Origin: an uncultured archaeon
Lineage (GTDB): Archaea > Halobacteriota > Archaeoglobi > Archaeoglobales > Archaeoglobaceae
Length of the DNA stretch: 27,257 nt
Direction: 5' to 3'
NCBI GenBank assembly: GCA_964389535.1
Contig: CAYMEG010000005.1
Location: forward strand, 1-27,257
Shown here: piece after piece, positions 26,618 through 27,257 of the stretch
Numbering within the stretch: position 1 is the stretch's first letter
How the letters are laid out: each line of letters starts with the position of its first letter
Translations under genes and position numbers: made by a program
Notes under the pieces: model-generated
Databases searched by the model: none
What the model saw: only the letters and a program-made list of their open reading frames with translations
Told to the model about the DNA's origin: nothing

Positions 26618-27257
26618 ATGCCAGTAGTTGAAGGAGTTGAGCTACCCGAGACTCCTCTGCTTGATGAGTTAGAAAAGGGCCCATGGCCATCTTTTGTGAA
26701 GGAGATCAAGAAGGCAGCAATTGAGCAAGAGAAAGCAATGAAGGCCGGTAAGAAGATAAAGTTACCTGGTGCCGCAAAAGGTCTGTTGAAGGTTCTCGAA
26801 TTATCCTACAAGGATAAGAGAACACACTGGAAGCACGGTGGTATCGTTTCAGTTATAGGATACGGTGGTGGAGTTATAGGAAGGTACTGTGATCTCGAAG
26901 ATAAGGTTCCAGAAGTTTGGCACTTCCACACATTAAGAGTTAACATGCCAGCTGGTTGGTTCTATACGACGAAGGCTTTGAGAGGAGTATGTGATGTGTG
27001 GGAGAAGTGGGGATCTGGTCTGACAAACTTCCACGGTTCTACTGGTGATATAATCCTGCTTGGAACAAGATCAGAGTACTTGCAGCCAACCGTCAACGGT
27101 CTTGCATACTTAGAGATACCGTTCGACCTCGGTGGTTCAGGTTCCGCTTTGAGAACACCGTCAGCCTGTATGGGTCCGGCGTTATGTGAGTTCTCATGCT
27201 ATGACACACTTGCGCTTTGCCACGATCTAACGATAACCTATCAGGAAGAGTTGCACA
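26618..27257 (+). CDS. dsrA: Dissimilatory sulfite reductase alpha subunit, 3'-truncated by the window (absent from the ORF track)
   Basis: Manual translation: [31 protein letters not shown]...[22 protein letters not shown]...[14 protein letters not shown]...[20 protein letters not shown] (siroheme/4Fe-4S Cx5C motif). Confidence 0.97.
   Translation, partial: MPVVEGVELPETPLLDELEKGPWPSFVKEIKKAAIEQEKAMKAGKKIKLPGAAKGLLKVLELSYKDKRTHWKHGGIVSVIGYGGGVIGRYCDLEDKVPEVWHFHTLRVNMPAGWFYTTKALRGVCDVWEKWGSGLTNFHGSTGDIILLGTRSEYLQPTVNGLAYLEIPFDLGGSGSALRTPSACMGPALCEFSCYDTLALCHDLTITYQEELH

Noticed and set aside
26618-26647. Short N-terminal extension and residue differences in DsrA relative to the A. fulgidus sequence as I recall it
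   Set aside because: Comparison is from memory only and within expected genus-level variation; the cofactor-binding cysteines are intact.
1-27257. CRISPR arrays, tRNA/rRNA genes, IS transposases
   Set aside because: No regularly spaced repeats, cloverleaf or rRNA sequence, or transposase motifs seen.

Overview
Window from a sulfate/sulfite-reducing euryarchaeon, most likely Archaeoglobus-like (Archaeoglobus-type dsrA begins at the right edge). Most genes are housekeeping: rtcB, MarC family, MetE-like, rps15p, BtpA family, kinase, DNA polymerase D large subunit, mtnA, UPF0282 and RNase Z-like MBL hydrolases, hemD, proC, an ABC ATPase, Lhr helicase, cobA/SUMT and dsrA (partial). The less routine elements are five. 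(1) A 476-aa LAGLIDADG intein ending in Gln inside DP2. (2) A complete box C/D guide sRNA (C-D'-C'-D) between the kinase and polC. (3) An AT-rich, multiply frameshifted two-gene module (ABC/AAA_15-type ATPase plus nuclease-like protein) that looks like a decayed defence or toxin system. (4) A left-end locus with two exported-protein genes sharing a 38-nt upstream motif, next to a membrane-tethered winged-helix regulator; one exported gene is broken by an in-frame TGA and a frameshift. (5) A palindromic candidate operator just upstream of the dsrA promoter. Family assignments rest on motif recognition only; no database search was run.
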